Shown here piece after piece: positions 1 to 13,389 of a stretch of DNA of 64,000 nt. This DNA comes from Centroscyllium fabricii (taxonomy: Eukaryota), in NCBI GenBank assembly GCA_051313645.2, contig JBNRSN020000524.1, positions 186,001 to 250,000 of the forward strand. Direction: 5' to 3'. Made by a program: the position numbers and the translations under genes. The notes under the pieces were generated by a model. That model had not been told where the DNA came from. It searched no databases and saw only the letters and a program-made list of their open reading frames with translations. Within the stretch, counting starts at the first letter, position 1; the number at the start of each line of letters is the position of its first letter.

Positions 1-1868
1 GTGAACTGGGACAGAAAGGAATGGTGGTTTGAGTCACGCGGTGTGCCAGGCTTATAGCCTAAGAGGTCTGGCAATATTCTGTGGTTTCTCTGAAAATCGT
101 TACTTTTGGCAGACATTAATACTTTATTTACCACCCTAAATGTATGTTAGTCCACTATTATTATGGGGTTTTGTTTTAGTTTAAAATTTGATTTACCCAT
201 ACATGTTAAAGTATCGGGAATTTTTAAATCAATCTATGTGGAAAAAACTGCTGCCTGACTCGATTCTAATTATGGTGGCACGTTTGTAGGGAGATGTATC
301 TACATTCTGAACTTGTAAATCCGCTATAAAGCATCAGTCCCGCAAGAACCTCCAGCATGTACACAACTGCTCAGCCTGTTTGTTGTCTGCAGCGGATTTT
401 GCATGGGAGGGGGGTTGGTGCTGTTTGCAATGGCGCATTCTTGTGTTGCTTATTAAGATTCACATGGTAACGGTTGATGTGCATTGTTGGATTTATCTGA
501 ATGCAACAGCCGTGTGAGTTTAACGTGAAAGCCCAGGGCAGTGGTGGGGGCTAAATCCGAGTAGATTGCACACTCTGTTTGGGAAGTAGGGAGAGGGCTG
601 TTTCGGTACTTTAGTGGCTTTGGATATTGAAGCTGGTGTCCGATTTCCCTGGACTATGGTTTGTTCAGGTATCTCTGTCAGCAACTACTGGTCCTTTCTC
701 ATTGTTTACTTTCTTAATGAGCTGGGCGGAGCCGCTGGCCTGCTGATTGACAGCTACAAGCTGGTGGACCTGCTCAGCCAGCCAGCAAACCCTTTACCCC
801 TCAAAGCCTCTCCTCCCACAACCTGCGGACAAGGGATTGCATGTGGGCAATTCGACAGTCGCCTTTTTCAGAAATTAAGAATGACGAATTGTTAAAACAC
901 ATACATTTAAATAATCTAGATTAAAATTGAACCATAAGTTTTTTTTAATCTGCAGCCTTCATTGATCTTTGAACTGGAAGTTAGTTACTGGACGTTAGTT
1001 GGCTAAATTGATCAAATCTCCGTTGAGAACTGCTAATTTACTGTGCACCTGTCTCAATATGCTGGCTTTCTGTTTTCCCTTAAGTAGATGCATGCCACAT
1101 ACACTCTTATTTAAAGGTATGATGTGCTGTTTGTTGCGTTACACAAATACCAATCTTAAAAGTTACTTAAAACCATTTTGAACTTGTATTTTTTTAAAAG
1201 CTGTTTGCTGAGAATGTGCTGAAATCCGACTTGTGTTTTTTATGCAGTGAAGTTTCTGGCACCTCTTCCATATTAAACCTGATATGAACGGATTGAACCA
1301 CGCGTTTGACAATTTAGTTAATTCTTGATAGGCAGGGGATGGTAACTCTGTAGAATACTATTGATAACATTTGAGCCGGCCCGGTGATGCATTTCTCTGG
1401 TGAAGTGGTTGTGAAATTATGCGCCGGGCTGAAGAATGCAGCAACTCACTTTGCTGGAGTTTTGCTGTTCTCTGTTTATACACAGCGCATGCAATGTTCT
1501 GTAATAAGCAGAGTTTGTTTACCTTTAAAGGATTGAATATTTGGGATATATTTGGTGTTTTGGGATGAAATGTCACTGGCGCACACACCAAGAGAGAAAC
1601 TAATGCCGTTTACACTAGCAATAAGTGACGAGGTCCCGTGCGCCGCTTCCCGCTGACAGGTAACGCCAATTGAAAGAATGCAGAAAGCCGAAACTAAATG
1701 TTGGCCTACACTGTGGCACCAAACCCCGAATAAAGTCATCGTTCCTCTCACCAACGTAACGTGGTCATTCTAACCTGTGGCGAGAATGGATTATGTAATC
1801 AGCATAAACATAACGCTGTTAATGTGTATAATCACAAAACTCGTGAAATAATCGATTGAATCAACTTC

Positions 1869-2259
1869 GGCGGCACGGTGGCATCGTGGTTAGCACTGTT
1901 GCCTTACAGCACTAGAGACCCGGGTTCAAATCCAGCCTCGGCTACTATCTGTGGAGTTTGCACATTCTCCCCGTGTCTGCGTGGGTTTCCTCCGGGTGCT
2001 CCGGTTTCCACCCACAGTCCAAAGATGTGCGGGTTAGGTTGATTGGCCAGAATAAATTGACCCTTAGTGTTAGGGGGATTAAATATGTGGGGTTACGGGG
2101 ATAGGGTGGGATATGTGTCGGTGCAGGTTCGATAGGGATCTGGGGAGAAGACAGGGACAGGGTACTGGGTTTGGATGATCAGCCATGATCTCATTGAATG
2201 GCGGAGCAGGCTCGAAGGGCCGAATGGCCTACTCCTGCTCCTATCTTCTATGTTTCTAA
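1869..2259 (+). mobile_element. tRNA-derived V-SINE (HE1-like)
   Basis: A box (tggttagcactg), B box (ggttcaaatcc), V-domain ggagtttgcacattctccccgtgtctgcgtgggtttcctccggg, CR1-like tail ending in tatgtttcta. Confidence 0.9.
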
Positions 2260-2475
2260 AGTTTGAATGTATGAAAATGCCCAGTTCCAAATTGTTTGGA
2301 ACTGCAATGGCAGCTGATTGCCAATGTCTGCTTGATGCTTTCAAAAGCAACTCTCATTTCTAAACACCACACGGTTTATTTACACTTGGGGTTTCAGGTA
2401 ATACTGAGAGTTTAAGCAGAAAACAAGTACTCCTGGCAAACCGAGACTAAATATACTGTATACTTGTGTTTTCAG

Positions 2476-2590
2476 ACTGGCAGAAAACAGAAGCACAGAA
2501 GCGACGTGAACAGCTATTGCTCGATGAACTAGTTATTCTAGTTAACAAACGGGATGCACTTGTCCGAGATTTGGATGCCCAGGAAAAACA
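2476..2590 (+). CDS. EHBP1: EHBP1 penultimate coding exon (bMERB domain C-terminal part)
   Basis: ttttcag acceptor and gtaagt donor; reads (D)WQKTEAQKRREQLLLDELVILVNKRDALVRDLDAQEK(Q), matching the vertebrate EHBP1 C-terminus; synteny with OTX1. Confidence 0.95.
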
Positions 2591-2688
2591 GTAAGTATCC
2601 ACTGGGAAGGAAACTCGTCCATCTCCATGCTGACTTAAAACTTTTCTCATTAAGTATACTGACGGGCTGTGTGCCGATATACACAATC

Positions 2689-2928
2689 ATATCAAATCTT
2701 GTCGTTTCTGAATTTTGTAGTTATATCATATCTTGTAGTTTCTGAATTTTGTATAGTTATATCAAATCTTGTCGTTTCTAAATTTTGTATAGTTATACCA
2801 AATCTTGTAGTTTCTGAATTTTGTATAGTTATATCAAATCTTGTAGTTTCTGAATTTTGTATAGTTATATCAAATCTTGTAGTTTCTGAATTTTGTATAG
2901 TTATATCAAATCTTGTTTCTGAATTTTG
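2689..2928. repeat. 36-bp minisatellite, ~7 copies, in EHBP1 last intron
   Basis: unit tcaaatcttgtagtttctgaattttgtatagttata repeated in tandem. Confidence 0.95.
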
Positions 2929-3041
2929 AAATATAGTTTGATGGTGTTGATTATTAGATTCTTAATGTATAACAACGATGCAGCCAGCTCGGTGGAATGA
3001 GTGTGTTGATTTGCTGATGCTATCTGTGTTTCTGTTTACAG

Positions 3042-3132
3042 GGCAGAAGAAGAAGATGAACACTTGGAACGAACTCTCGAACAAAACAAAGGCAAAATTG
3101 TCAAGAAAGAAGATAAATGTATACTTCAGTGA
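3042..3132 (+). CDS. EHBP1: EHBP1 terminal coding exon
   Basis: tttacag acceptor, phase compatible with previous exon; AEEEDEHLERTLEQNKGKIVKKEDKCILQ* ending in a CaaX prenylation box. Confidence 0.95.
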
Positions 3133-4580
3133 GATGCACAAAAAGTGATCCCACATCATATAGAAAACTGTTATTGTCATATTTTAATAAAACATGCGAT
3201 GGAATTTGAATGATACAATGTCATATGTAGGGTTGTAAACTGTGTAATGTTTTATGTTGACAGCATTTAACCCTCCCAATGCCGTACATCCGTGTATTTG
3301 GCTGCATTCGTTGTTTTTATGAAATTGTATTTTGTAAAAAAAAATGCTGAGTGTAATTGTTTTATTTGTATCAGTGGCATTTAATCTCTATCCGATATAG
3401 TTTGGAGAATTCTTACTTCTGTACCGAGGGGAAAAAAACACCAAATTGTAACAAATGTAGCAGGATTGTTACTAGCTTTTTTTGTTCATACTGGTTTTCA
3501 TGTTACATTACATCGTACAGAACTGATTGGCTTTCCGATCGATTTTTAATCAGTTTTCAAATAATGTCGCCCAGAAAGGAAGGGTTAGGGGGTAACCGTC
3601 ACCTGCTTTCTCTATGTGGACTGGATTTTAAAGCAAAATCATGTGATGCAGAATGACATTAAAGCAGAGCCAGACTCTACAGGTTTACATTGGAAGTTGA
3701 ACAAATTGACCGCCAAGTTCATTTTTTTCAAAAGTACTTAGGATTGTAATTTTCATTAAGCTGCTTCACTTTTTATAATTATAGAAAAATATTTTAAAAG
3801 CGGAATGTTGAGGCTTGCTCGTGCTGCATTTCAAATATTTGGTTTTATTTTCATTGAGGAATTGGGCGTCTCATTTGCTCTGTAAAGTCTGTTGAAATCT
3901 CACTTTCTATAAATAGTAAGCTTATACAGACCGGCCATGTTGTAAATGATGTTGTCTGAAGCTAGTTTTAGTTTGAACTCTTAAAAGGGCTGATAAACCT
4001 GCACCAGTTAGTGAAACTGATTCTCTGGTGTTTAATACATGTTTATTTATTACCCCGAACAACACAATCTGATTGCGAGAGCTGCAGGTATTTTGCTGAA
4101 CCTTCTTTCCTGGGTTCTGAGATCGTTGTTATTTGTACTCTGAAAAGAAAGGATTTCTTTCGGAGCTCCAAATGATGTTCAGTGCAAACTCCTGCTTAAA
4201 TCTGAAGTCAGCTGCAGCTGCTGTTTGTGGGGAGAAACATTTGTTTATTTATTCCATAATCATCCACCAATCCTCAATAAAAACTGAACTTTTAAGTGTT
4301 TCATGTCGAGAAAGATTGTTGTTGGTGTTTTACCCTCATAACTTTCGCACGAGGCTCCAACCTTGCGCTCTGTATATTATTGTGCGTATAAGAGTTTTAT
4401 TTGTACATAGTTTGTTACCAAACAGAACAGTTCTTGAGGGGGTTCCCTCTGAAGTAGAAATAGCTGGCTTTATTGGAACAGTTTACTTTAAATGGGACCC
4501 ATTTAATGCGTTATTGAAGATGAAAGCTGCGTCCTTCATTTTCGATTGAACCAATAAACTTCAGTTTTAACAATTATACA
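3133..4580 (+). other. EHBP1: EHBP1 3' UTR with candidate poly(A) signals
   Basis: AT-rich sequence after the stop; AATAAA at ~3186, ~4277 and 4553-4558; true end not determinable. Confidence 0.5.
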
Positions 4581-7500
4581 TCAGCAATTATATTTTGGTT
4601 GGTAAAGGTCAAGGTTTCGATTTAATTATAAACAAATACAATCTCTCTGCAATGTCGGCAGATTTACACGGCAGATAAAGCTGAAAACCCGGTGCTTATA
4701 GCCAGTAATCTCTTACGGTAAATAACGCTATCATCATGCACCAGTTTGCTGTTAACTCGTTCATGATCATTCCACTCTCAGCAATAAGAAATATTTGGCA
4801 CCATTGGGTAAAAAAAAACTCGGGCGGGGGGGGGGGGGGAGGATCCCAAGTCCAAATCTAAAGTGCATCTTTGATCGAAATTAAAAATAAAACCGTGAAT
4901 CTAGTTTTCTAGCAGTACCTGAATGCCTAAAATCTGGAATCTGTTCTTTTCGTTGTATCTTTTAATTCAACGTATCCCACAGATGCCCATCAGTCAGTCA
5001 TTATACATGTAAACCAATTCAACCACAACCACTGGATTTATATGATGCTTTTTAGACTTTGGATATCAATGGCAATCGATCTTGTGTTAACATTTTAAAT
5101 TGCACTAGAGCATTATTCTTTACCTTTAAAGCAACTAAGCCCGTTTTATGTTTCTTTGCAATAAGACTAATAAAATGTTCTAAAATATGCTGTACACATT
5201 CGTTGGTAATGGCTGATTTCCGTATAATCGATTCTAACTGAGGGTGGAATAATACCTCGGTCATCTATTCCTATTCACACTCGCTGCCGAAGTGGACCAG
5301 GAGATTGAACAAACGCGCGAACCACCACCCAACCGCAGCATTAAAGCTTAAAGTTTTAATAAAGTTCTTTATTGCTGCAAAATAGCATCTACTGCCATTT
5401 CAGTTTGAGACCCATTCTATAGATAACTAGAACATGCCAGCGCTAACCCCATCCGATCAGTTAGAGGTTAAAGCCGTGAGTTTGTTTATTTTATATCCGT
5501 GCGTATATTTCTGAATTATAATTACAATCTTCCCTCACGTTTCATCGACACAAAATGCTTGGGATTGTGATGCTTAACTTTGCTACCATTCTCGGGTGAA
5601 GATGACTTATTGCACCAACATTGATGAACCCGTCAATAGAAGGAAATAACCTCCCATCGTGTATAATATTGTTTGAGGCATCTCAATTCAATTGCCAACG
5701 TTTTAAGCCTCGAAACGTAAATGTTTCAAGGTCTTTTATGCTGAACACGTCATCTGTGTAATACACTGATTATTTCATAACCCTCAGATATGTAATTCCT
5801 CAGTTTGAGGCGGTGTAATATGCTGCCTACCTCCTAAGGCTAATGTTGATGGTATATGTTTAATTTGGGTTAATGTAGGCCATTCATTCCTAGGAGGGAG
5901 ATTAGAAAAAACAATTTTCTAGGGAACATCTGTTTACACACACAGCCTTTTGCAATGGCTTGATTAGGAGCTTGACTAATGACACCAGAATGCAGGCTCA
6001 TCACAGCCGCCTTCTCCATGATTAAATAGTGGAAATAAGTTTGGACGGCTGACGTCCACTCTGGCCGCCTTAATATTTTAACATTAATTTGCTGATCTGC
6101 TCTCGGTTTGTGCCATCTAGTTTGACAGGACAGCTCTTGCCCATCGGTAGCTGGGATCGCTCGCGCTCTATTTAACAGGACGATTGCAGTTTTGAAACAG
6201 GCTCGTATTTCAGACCAGGCAAAAGCAGGTTGTTGGCTACTAAACGCAAACTAAATAAGCTGCATCCGTTCTGTTTGCACCGTTTAGTGTTAGTGCAGGT
6301 TTGCAGCATTGCTGTAAGCAGAAATCTAGAGTAAGTCCAAGACATCAGCACTGTACTAAAGAGGTGTCTACTCTCTCTCTACGTTTCGTAGGAAAGTACA
6401 AGTTACGAACTGAAACAGGCAATAAATCCTCATATTGTAAAGATGAAATGTACACTTTAACTACACTGCGATATCAGAAATATGTTGCCAACACAACTGC
6501 AGTTATCACCTGTGCCACATAAGAATCGGATAGGCGCCATTTATACAAGCATCTTAACGGCTTCCAATTATATAGTTAGGCGGTGTGAATAATGCTATAC
6601 TGGAAAATTCCTAAATCAATGTAACATTCATTACTACTCCATCTGTAATATAAACATGACTTGCAATGAATGGTAGCTATGTTCTCAGTTCTTACCTGGT
6701 TAGCTCCTGGATGCACATAGTTACAAGTAGATTCTACAAACACTCTGAAAACGGCTGAAACAAAGCATTGGACACGCAGTTTAAAAACTTTTCGGACCTT
6801 CACCTGCTGAATTAGGAGTTGATGAAGGGGTTTAGTCGCGATCGAGACTGGGGAAGTCTCTTGTGAATTATTACATCTGGGCTCTTTGAAGTGCTTAAAT
6901 GTAGCTCTAGGTGCTGATCACTGGGATTCCAATCCCCCTTTTCACGGACGCAGTTACACAATCCTTGATATGATTTCCTTCTCTGTGTAAAGCAAATTAA
7001 ACCAAGTGTGGCCGTTACAATCTGCTGGAGAATGTATCCCGAAACCAGCTCGCCCAGCCGCTCGAGTGCCACATTTGCCCATATTTTATTTATTTTTGTC
7101 TGTGTGAGGATCAGCAGTGTTCGGAATCCTGCCACAATCTTCTGACTTTAACCTTTGAAGGAACAAGAGACAAAACTTTTCCCCCCCTGCCTCAATCCAA
7201 GGCTTCAGTCACGGCTTTAAGAAAATTCGCCTGCAATTTCGGATTAGACAAATACTCTTATTACAATGGTTAGTGCCACTTGATACCTTGATACTTAACA
7301 CAGGCTTGATCAGCTCATCTTAAACAGAGACTTCACAGAATAAAAACAGCCAGTAAATCCCTGGTATTGCCATGGAGGTATACTCGATTGTGCTTCACCG
7401 ACCAAATTAGCATTATGTTTTGTTTGCTTATTGCGAGCTTAAAACCAGGATTCAAAAAATGTACATCTTAAAATATTATTCAAACGGCACAGCTGGGCAG

Positions 7501-9199
7501 TGCAGTCGCATTCCCGAAGGTTTCCATACAGTACTAGAAATCTAGTTTTAGAAATTAGAAACGATTGGATGATTAACACAACAGTTTCCTCAAATATCAC
7601 AGCAAAATATAACCTTGTTATCAATAACAATAGATGCATAATCATGTATAAACAATATAGTCAACCCAAAATGGTGCAGTCTGTATGCATAATGAAGTAA
7701 CAATGGCCCATGTGGGTTGGGATCTTACATTTTTTCCGATGGTATTGGCTTTTTTTCTTTACGTTTAGCAAATAGTAATGTTAATCCCGAACAATTTCTA
7801 ATTATTTCGAATGGTTGGTTGCATCCTTCTTGCTCATGGTAACGAGATCTTATTATCATGGAGATTGTCAGCTTCAATGTAAAATTATGTTCCTTGAAGT
7901 TTTCACTTTTCAAACAGAGCAAAAACCAAAACAAAAAAAAACTTGTTGAAAAGTGCATTATTTGGTGAGTTGGCGCTGAATTGACCGCGCTTCTTTTGTT
8001 AGAAAAGGTGCTGGTGTCGATGACTTTAGTGAACTATAGGGAAAGTCTTGTAAGACCTCCCTTTGATGAGCTGGTTCCATATAGTAAAAAATGTAATTTC
8101 GTCGTCTGGCGGCCGGTTTCTTTGAACATTAGCTCGCTTTCAGCTCCCGCTTCAATTAGAATGAGTTGATTTTCTGCGAACAACAAAAGACTGACCAAAG
8201 GCTTATTAAAGGTCTTCAGAAGAACTCACCGAACCTTTCACAAACAGTTAAGGAAACACTGTGCTCTCCATGATATTCTGTTACCGTATTTTATTTGTTC
8301 ACTAAAGAAAAGTGACGCTTGAAAAGTGGTTTCTTTGATACCCAGCGACCGACAGTATTGTCTAATTCATTTATTTTCCGCGTCGGCCTATTTTTTCTTT
8401 TGAAATTTCGATTAAAGGCAGTCCCATTAAACTTTACGCTGACTATACCGAAATGTAATTCTAAGTGGGGATTAGGCCGTCATCAATATTCATGAGAACG
8501 TACAATTCCAAACAAAACAAAAAAATCTCAACACATATTTCTAGGGGTAATTATTTCGCAAGTAAGAATCGAACTCGGCGAAAAGAAAATCAACACATGT
8601 TTAATATCGGTTCCTTTTAGAGATTAGGAAGGCCCGTACCTTTAAAAAGAGATAATCGTTTAATATGTGGCCAACATCCGTTTAAACTTAAACCAAGTTT
8701 AACATGCAGTCTGCGGAAACATTTAAAGCGTACAGGGCGATCTACCATGGTGCAGATGTCTCAATGGACACTCATACATTGGCTTTATGTAATGTAGTGT
8801 ACACCATGAAGCTCACAACGAAAATTACATGCATTTAAACACAGTTAACGTCGCCCAGTTATTCCAGCCCAAAATCTCTATGTGTACACTTCTAGAAATA
8901 TCACCAGATGAATAAAAATGCTGGCTAGGTGGCATTTACAGATATGGGATGACAGGAAACATACTCTCATTAATGTTTTCTGAACTTTTCAGTCTCACAA
9001 CAATGTGCTAGTTTAGTGTCTAGACTTCCATAACAATACCTGCAGTATTTAACTACTGCTCAGTAATATTATTTCATTAATAACGTAGCTTGGGGTATGG
9101 AAATTGCTAGTTTAGTGGATTTCCCTGCTCGAAGGTTGTGTGTGCTGACCAATTTCAACTGACCTTTTTACCAAGCCCTGGAAGGAGTGTATCACGCCT

Positions 9200-9374
9200 C
9201 TGGGAAAGTAGTGCGCTGGCGTCACCGGGCGACGCGCTGTCAGTCATGGGCAGGGCGCTGGGCGATTGGCTGGCGCCGGCACTGCGTCAGGCGGTTCCGC
9301 CAGGCCCGCGCTCACATAGAGAAGGCTGCGCCAGAGCGCGGTGATCAATCTCCATTTACACCGCCAGTAGACAG
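9200..9374 (+). promoter_or_regulatory. OTX1: Candidate OTX1 promoter and first non-coding exon
   Basis: GC/CpG-rich patch, inverted CCAAT (ATTGG 9265-9269), GC-rich motifs, ggtgatcaatct motif I recall from the human OTX1 mRNA 5' end, possible donor ag|gtac at 9374/9375. Confidence 0.55.
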
Positions 9375-9560
9375 GTACAAACACACACTCGCAAACTTTC
9401 CAGCTTACTTTCGCTCTTAACTCATTTCAGCCGCGTCACGCTTGACTTCATCGCCCACTCTCCGGCACTTCCAAGTTTTTAACTTTGCTGCTTGTTTTGT
9501 GGAGGGGCGATTACTCTGCCCAGCCGCCCCAGCCTAATTTTGTGTCATGTTGTGTTACAG

Positions 9561-9630
9561 GCCAGAGAAGTGGTTCCTGCCCTCATTTACTGAGTTTATT
9601 TGTGTCCAGCCGTGTGAAAAAGCGACGCAG
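9561..9630 (+). other. OTX1: Candidate OTX1 5' UTR exon (70 nt)
   Basis: tgtgttacag acceptor and strong cag|gtgagt donor between the promoter and the first coding exon. Confidence 0.55.
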
Positions 9631-12071
9631 GTGAGTGTGAGACTAGCTGCATTTATGGGAAGTGTATCATGGAAAGTAAGAGACGATCAGTAAGTTTCTT
9701 TCATTAAAAAGTAGTTTGGGGGTGTGGCAGTTTTAAAATCAAATGCATTTTGTTGTGGGTTGTTGCTAAAGTGTCGCCGTTTCTAGTGTTTGTGAATGAG
9801 TTATTTTTCTTATAGTATTTTTAAATGTTTATATTTGTGCTGGATTGCTGAGTAAAGCAATTTATAGCTGTTAACTGCGTCCAAAGTATGTGGATCGTCT
9901 AATTTGCTTCATTTTTCTCACGGAAATTTACAATTGTAGTGTCCAAGGGTCGAATAAAAGTCTTGAATCCACTTACCGGCTAATTGGAGAGGCGTGTTTT
10001 CGCTTTTTGTTAATTTATTTTGCTGATAAGGTTTCCCTTTAAATTGTCTCCCCCGAGGTCTAGTCTAAATTGTAATTGACTTAATTTGCACACAGCGATC
10101 GCCTTTTAAATGAGAGCATGGTTTTATCTGGGTCCTGTGGAGGTGAAAATTTGGTTTAGGACACTGTTGATTGAGAATAGCTGCAATTTTGGCTGCCGGT
10201 TAATTTTTTCTGCAAGTGCTGTGATGTTATCGTTACTGTTTGGAGTGTGTATTCTATTAAAATGCCCACACTGAATATTCAGATTGATCTAATTGTTTTT
10301 TTAATTGGAAGCTAGTTTTTTTGGGGGGGAAAGCCTGCTTGATATTTTTTGTCGACTTTTTATGTAACTTCTATCATGCACAACAGGTTTTAGGATGTGA
10401 TGGTAACAAATTTAACATTTTTCTTAAACGCCAGGTAAAAGTGGTCCCGAAGGTTTCTCAACACTAAGTTGTCTGTTCGATTATATCACAGATTATCGAA
10501 GAGTTTAGTCAAGGAAACCAAAACGGAAAATTGTCACTTTAGTTCATCCTTTCGTACTCGGTGATATTTTACTTTGATTCCAGAGGTCTAGTCTTAATTG
10601 TAATTGATTTTAATTTGCACACCGCAATCGCCTTTTAAATGGGAGCTGATATATATCCAGTCCTCCCGAGGAAAGATTAACAAACTATTTCAGAACTTCA
10701 TTCACTTGAGGACAAGCTTGATGTATTTGAATTGTAACTTTTCTCTAGTTTTTATCATCCAAGTCACCAGTTGGAATCGTCACTTTAATCTTCTAACCGC
10801 CATTACTGTACAGTTCGCCTAATTACAGGGTACACACACAACTTCAGTTAAATGCGTCTTGAGAAAAACAAGACATTTTAGGATGGATGAAGTTTAAAAA
10901 AAAATCAGATACTATGAAGTAGAGGAAGATTAAAATCCCTCGAACGAGTGCCTGTAATTAAGGAACGTGCGCCTGCAGGATTATCTCATTAGTTCATCAG
11001 GACACATCTACAATAATGAATTCTTAATCACATGAATGATTCCTTTAATCGCCAGACATACGCCGGTTGCAATTGTGGAGAACATGCAACTGCAAAAAGT
11101 TATACTGGTGGAGTGGACTGCGAGCTCCCGCTGCCCCCCTCATACTTGGTTTTATCCCCATAAATGATTTACATTTTTTAACAAGACTACAGAAGTGAGT
11201 CAGAGTTGGTGGACTATTTAAATGTGGAGTTCTACCTCGCGGTGTAAAAGGCAGATACATTTTGGGGTCTAACACAATTTTGGGAACCTTTTCAATATTC
11301 ACTCCACAATAGTGTAGTCATAAAACCAAGTTTTTGGGAACATTTTCCTTGCCTTAATCCAAAAACCAGTACTTTAATGTTGGCCTAGTGGTGCCTGATA
11401 CAACTATTGTTGGTAATGTTCTGGGTCTTGTTGACCAGTTGCAGGTCCCGCTGTGCGGACAATGACCAACCTTTGGTGCCGAGCCCCTCAACCGATGCCG
11501 CCATTTTGCGTTCGCCAATCTTTGAACATTTCTACTTTCCCGGAACAATAAACTGTTGAATCCAAAATCGACATCCTCCTGTAAGGAATAACTTGAGGCT
11601 CCGGCCAATTTTTTTTAAACGCTGGAGTAGAAACGGCCAATTTTTCCAATCCTTGTGGATGCTCACAATGTTAATTTCACAAGTTAATTTCAATGCAGAT
11701 GTATTGCGGGGCAGATGAGATTAATATTTGATCTGTTCACTGCATGATTGAGAGTCAGCAATGATGTGTTTCTGAACTGTCCCGTGTTCTGTCATTCACA
11801 CCAATCTATTAAATTGTGGTTTTCTGCCCACCTACACTTCGGACACGTCAGTCCGGCCACTCGTGTTTTCAATACTGAAAATACCAGGATTTATTTGACT
11901 CAAACATTCCATCCTCTGATTATAACGGGCCTTCTTAGTAAAATATGTAAATATATTTTTTTTAGCGAACACGAAAGCTGACGAGGATCGGACTCTGGGA
12001 CCAACCGAACTGCAGCCAGAAACTGTTTTTAAGTTTTGAAGATTTGGACAGCAAATCCTCGAGTTTTTAGC

Positions 12072-12168
12072 ATGATGTCATACCTCAAACAGCCTCCCTA
12101 TGGCATGAACGGCCTGAGCTTGACCGGCCCTGGCATGGACTTGCTGCACCCGTCAGTCGGGTACCCAG
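12072..12168 (+). CDS. OTX1: OTX1 coding exon 1
   Basis: [32 protein letters not shown], 97 nt, cag|gtgag donor; exon probably starts at 11966 after ttttttttag. Confidence 0.97.
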
Positions 12169-12484
12169 GTGAGGGGGCAACGCGCACAGACCCCGCCAAT
12201 ATTTAAATGTTTAACATATTAAGTTGCAATCTTAACGATGCAGAACATTTTGTCAAATATTGTAAACTTGGAGGTGTTATTTTTAGAATTGTAAAGTTTG
12301 GATTCAATTAAACCTTGTAAAACTTGCCCAGTAATCTTGGAGCAGGACTTTAATAATGCGGGTTTGGTGGGTGGGGTTATATTCTTCTCGCTATACGGGG
12401 AATGGGGACTAATTGCCGGGGTGTTTACCTTTTTTATAACGAAAGCAAATAGTTGTCGAAGATTGAACTCGTCAATCTTTCTAA

Positions 12485-12658
<174 letters not shown>

Positions 12659-13357
12659 TAACGCTTGAAAACAATTCTTTGCATCGGCGATGTGAAGTAG
12701 CCAATAATTTAAATCTAAATGTCTGATCGTGGTAGCGACACTCGAACCTTCTGGGCCAGGAGAAGCCAAGAAATGGCCAAAGAATGAAACTGTAATCGCC
12801 GCGGGGACGCGCACGGTCACGTCTGCTACGGGTTTGCAGTGAGATTTTATGCTTGCGGTATCTAAAAGATGGTTCAAATGTGCAGCAAGGTGAAGTTTTG
12901 CTGTCGCTCTTGGCTCCAACCTGAAGTCCTGAGCGGCCCCTAGTGGAACCGCCTCGGCTTCAATCGGCTGGTGCCGGCGCTTCTGGGGGTTTGGTTTGGG
13001 GGGAGGGGGGCGTTTGGGGGTTTTGCTTGGGGGTCTGGGGCGAGCATTTCCCGGTCATGTCTCGGGCTTTAAGCGTTTTGTTTTTCAATATTGCAAATTG
13101 GGGGAAATATGAAAAGATCGCCAACAGTTGTAACTATGTATTTCAAGTAATCATCAAACACCAAACGACACCATATGCGTAACGTCTCAAACTGGCGGAA
13201 CATTCCGCGTCCTGTTGTGGATATTTCCGAGTGAAACGGTTGCTTGTGGAGCTTTTTCAGACCATATTTGGTTAGACCGTTTGAGATGTTGCGTGCCAGC
13301 GATTGGCTACACAGCATGTTTGCAAAACAAACCGACATGCAGGTGTATTTCAGTTTT

Positions 13358-13364
<7 letters not shown>

Positions 13365-13388
<24 letters not shown>
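13365..13388. repeat. (TA)n microsatellite
   Basis: direct reading. Confidence 0.9.

Positions 13389-13389
<1 letters not shown>

Noticed and set aside
2669-2929. 86-aa ORF with repeating ISNLVVSEFCIV
   Set aside because: Translation of the 36-bp intronic minisatellite; no spacers, so not CRISPR-like either
11973-12025. ctgacgag in the OTX1 5' UTR resembling a hammerhead core
   Set aside because: No stem II closing onto GAAA and no compatible stems I/III
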